Source of the DNA: Eledone cirrhosa
Taxonomy: Eukaryota
Reading direction: 5' to 3'
Length of the DNA: 64,000 nt
NCBI GenBank assembly: GCA_964016885.1
Contig: OZ024743.1
Span: 139,748,001 to 139,812,000, forward strand
The number at the start of each line of letters is the position of its first letter. The first letter of the stretch is position 1. Positions 60,301 to 64,000 of the stretch are shown in pieces. The translations under genes and the position numbers were made by a program. The notes under the pieces are model-generated. The model was given only the letters and a program-made list of their open reading frames with translations. It did not search any database and was not told the DNA's origin.

Positions 60301-63300
60301 GCACCAAGCACCAAACACCAAACACCAAGCACCAAGCAGCAAACACCAAACAACAAGCACCAGGCACAAAGCACCATACACCACACACCAAGCAGCAAGC
60401 ACCAAACACCAAACACCAAGCACGCAGCATCAAACACCAAGCACCAAGCACCAAGCACCAAGCAACAAACACCAAGCACCAAGCACCAAGTACCAAACAC
60501 CAACCATCAAGCACCAAACACAAAACACCAAGCACCAAGCACCAAGCACGAAACACCAGGCACCAAGCACCAAGCACCAAACACCAAGCACCAAACACCA
60601 AACACCAAGCACCAAGTATCAAACACCAAGCACCAACCACCAAACACCAAGCAGCAAGCACCAATCACCAAACACCAAGAACCAAGCACCAAACACCAAC
60701 CACCAAGCACCAAGTACATACACCAAGCACCAAACACCAAACACAAAACACCAAGCACCAAGCACCAAGCACCAAACACCAAGCCCCAAGCACCAAGCAC
60801 CAAACACCAAACACCAAGCACCAAGCACCAAACACCAAGCACCAAGCACCAAACACCAAGCACCAAGCACCAAGGACCCAACATGAAACACCAAGCCCCA
60901 AGCACCAAACACCAAACAGCAAGCACCAAGCACCAAACACCCAGCACCAAGCACCAAGCCCCTAGCACCAGACACCAAACACCAAGCACCAAGCACAAAA
61001 CACTAAGCACCAATCACCAAGCACCAAACACCAAGCAGCAAGCAGCAAGCACCAAACACCAAAACCAAGCACCAAGCACCAAACACCAAACACCAAGCAC
61101 CAAGCACTAAACATCAAACACCAAGCACCAAGCACCAAACACCTAACACCAAGCACGAAGCACCAAGCACGATGCACCAAACACCAAGCACCAATCACCA
61201 AACACCAAGCACCAAGCACCAAACACCAAGCACCAGGCACCAAGCACCCAACACCAAGCACCAAGCACCAAACACCAAGCACCAAGACCGAAGCAGCAAA
61301 CACCAAGCACCAAACACCAAGCACCAAACACCAAACACAAAACACCTAGCACCAAGCAGCAAGCACCAAACACCAAACACCAAGCACCAAGCACCAGACA
61401 CCAAACACCAAGCACCAAGGACCAAACATCAAACACCAAGCACCAAGCACCAAACACCTAACACCAAGCACCAAGCACCAAGCCCCAAACACCAAGCACC
61501 AAGCAAAAAAAAAAAGCACCAAGCACCAAGCACCAAACACCAAGCACCAAGCACCAAACACCAAACCCCAAGCACCAAACACCAAACCGCAAGCACCAAG
61601 CACCAAACACTAATCACCAAGCACCAAGCACCAAGCACCAAGCATCAAACACCAAACACCAAATACCAAGCACCAAACACCAAGCACCAAGCAGCAAACA
61701 CCAAACAACAAGCACCATGCACAAAGCACCATACACCAAACACCAAGCAGCAAGCACCAAACACCAAACACCAAGCACGCAGCATCAAACACCAAGCACC
61801 AAGCACCAAACACCAAGCACCAAACACCAAACACCAAGCACCAAGCACCAAACTCCAAACAACAAGCACCAGGCACCAAGCACCAAGCACCAAGCAACAA
61901 ACACCAAGCACCAAGCACCAAGTACCAAACACCAACCACCAAGCACCAAACACCAAACACCAAGCACCAAGCACCAAGCACGAAACACCAAGCACCAAGC
62001 ACCAAACACCAAACACCAAACACCAAGCACCAAGCACCAAACACCAAACACCAAGCACCAAGCACCAAGCACAAATTAGCAAACACCAAGCACCAAGGAC
62101 CAAACATCAAACACCAAGCACAAAGCACCGAACACCAAGCACCAAACACCAAGCACCAAACACCAAGCATCAAACACCAAGCACCAGGCACCAAGCACCA
62201 AACACCAAGCACCATGCACCAAACACCAAGCACCAAGCACGAAGCACCAAACACCAAGCACCAAACACCAAACACTTAACACCAAGCACCAAGCACCAAG
62301 CACCAAACACCAAGCACCAAACACCAAACACCAAGCACCAAGTATCAAACACCAAGCACCAAGCACCAAACACCAAGCAGCAAGCACCAATCACCAAACA
62401 CCAAGAACCAAGCACCAAACACCAACTACCAAGCACCAAGTACATACACCAAGCACCAAACACCAAACACAAAACACCAAGCACCAAACACCGCGCACCA
62501 AACACCAGATACCAAGCACCAAGCACCAAACACCAAACACCAAGCACCAAGCAGCAAACACCAAACAACAAGCACCAGGCACAAAGCACCATACACCACA
62601 CACCAAGCAGCAAGCACCAAACACCAAACACCAAGCACGCAGCATCAAACACCAAGCACCAAGCACCAAGCACCAAGCAACAAACACCAAGCACCAAGCA
62701 CCAAGTACCAAACACCAACCATCAAGCACCAAACACAAAACACCAAGCACCAAGCACCAAGCACGAAACACCAGGCACCAAGCACCAAGCACCAAACACC
62801 AAGCACCAAACACCAAACACCAAGCACCAAGTATCAAACACCAAGCACCAACCACCAAACACCAAGCAGCAAGCACCAATCACCAAACACCAAGAACCAA
62901 GCACCAAACACCAACCACCAAGCACCAAGTACATACACCAAGCACCAAACACCAAACACAAAACACCAAGCACCAAGCACCAAGCACCAAACACCAAGCC
63001 CCAAGCACCAAGCACCAAACACCAAACACCAAGCACCAAGCACCAAACACCAAGCACCAAGCACCAAACACCAAGCACCAAGCACCAAGGACCCAACATG
63101 AAACACCAAGCCCCAAGCACCAAACACCAAACAGCAAGCACCAAGCACCAAACACCCAGCACCAAGCACCAAGCCCCTAGCACCAAACACCAAACACCAA
63201 GCACCAAGCACAAAACACTAAGCACCAATCACCAAGCACCAAACACCAAGCAGCAAGCAGCAAGCACCAAACACCAAAACCAAGCACCAAGCACCAAACA

Positions 63301-64000
63301 CCAAACACCAAGCACCAAGCACTAAACATCAAACACCAAGCACCAAGCACCAAACACCTAACACCAAGAACGAAGCACCAAGCACGATGCACCAAACACC
63401 AAGCACCAATCACCAAACACCAAGCACCAAGCACCAAACACCAAGCACCAGGCACCAAGCACCAAACACCAAGCACCAAGCACCAAACACCAAGCACCAA
63501 GACCGAAGCAGCAAACACCAAGCACCAAACACCAAGCACCAAACACCAAACACAAAACACCAAGCACCAAGCAGCAAGCACCAAACACCAAACACCAAGC
63601 ACCAAGCACCAGACACCAAACACCAAGCACCAAGGACCAAACATCAAACACCAAGCACCAAGCACCAAACACCTAACACCAAGCACCAAGCACCAAGCCC
63701 CAAACACCAAGCACCAAGCAAAAAAAAAAAGCACCAAGCACCAAGCACCAAACACCAAGCACCAAGCACCAAACACCAAACCCCAAGCACCAAACACCAA
63801 ACCGCAGCACCAAGCACCAAACACTAATCACCAAGCACCAAGCACCAAGCACCAAGCATCAAACACCAAACACCAAGCACCAAGCACCAAACACCAAGCA
63901 CCAAGCAGCAAACACCAAACAACAAGCACCAGGCACAAAGCACCATACACCAAACACCAAGCAGCAAGCACCAAACACCAAACACCAAGCACGCAGCATC
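57350..64000 (+). repeat. Same A11-marked higher-order repeat, about three copies, continuing past the window end
   Basis: A11 at 59255, 61505 and 63720 (offsets 2250 and 2215); ORF pairs 59955/62170, 60176/62391 and 60507/62722. Confidence 0.88.

Larger units (their letters stand above)
31446..62540 (+). repeat. Near-identical 15,572-bp-period tandem duplication: copy 1 31446-46968, copy 2 47018-62540
   Basis: Constant offset of 15572 for ORF pairs (31491/47063, 35421/50993, 40799/56371, 45600/61172) and A11 tracts (43683/59255, 45933/61505). Only 6 substitutions were spotted. Confidence 0.96.
1..64000 (+). repeat. Heptamer tandem satellite (CACCAAR)n, minus strand (YTTGGTG)n, filling the window and running off both ends
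   Basis: Every line parses into 7-bp units CACCAAG/CACCAAA with scattered variants (CAGCAAR, CACCAAT, CATCAAA, CCCCAAG, CACTAAK, CACCAGG, CACAAAA). The + strand is almost all A and C, and no inversion was seen. Confidence 0.99.

Noticed and set aside
1-64000. CRISPR array or other repeat-spacer system
   Set aside because: No unique spacers, no 23-50 bp conserved repeat distinct from the background, and no cas-like ORFs.
1-64000. Freshly telomerase-synthesised terminal tract
   Set aside because: Many substituted units and kilobase-scale copied variant patterns require DNA-templated duplication. A telomeric origin or location remains possible.
1-64000. Canonical G-quadruplex array on the minus strand
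   Set aside because: The consensus has only GG runs (GGTG). G3-4 runs occur only in isolated variants, so at most weak two-tier structures are plausible.
1-64000. Fungal RIP mutation signature
   Set aside because: The array is saturated with CpA targets, yet TpA variants are a small minority.
1-64000. Pure sequencing or basecalling artefact
   Set aside because: Rare variants recur in the same contexts at several divergence levels, which random error would not produce. The copy number of the youngest duplications still needs read support.
1-64000. Bacterial heptamer repeats such as cyanobacterial STRR
   Set aside because: Those form short intergenic tracts. A gene-free array of 64 kb or more with higher-order structure fits eukaryotic satellite DNA better, though the taxon is not proven.

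Overview
All 64 kb is one uninterrupted, single-orientation tandem array of a 7-bp unit, CACCAAR (a mix of CACCAAG and CACCAAA; minus strand YTTGGTG), about 9,100 units. I saw no unique sequence, gene, RNA gene, transposon or CRISPR array. Every ORF in the track is the same 7-aa periodic translation of the stop-free heptamer. The information lies in the variant pattern: an A/G switch at position 7, scattered substituted units and rare 6/8-bp units. These act as landmarks for nested higher-order repeats: periods of 497, 742, 777, 1377, 2058, about 2.2 kb, 2470, 3112, 3800, 6886, about 19 kb and about 24.5 kb, plus a near-identical 15,572-bp tandem duplication (31446-46968 / 47018-62540) joined by a 49-bp templated linker. 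The unit has telomere-like polarity and is two substitutions from the Arabidopsis-type telomere repeat CCCTAAA. The leading hypothesis is a telomere-like or telomere-derived satellite now maintained by recombination. Organism and chromosomal position cannot be determined from this window. Boundaries were read by eye using ORF-track offsets.
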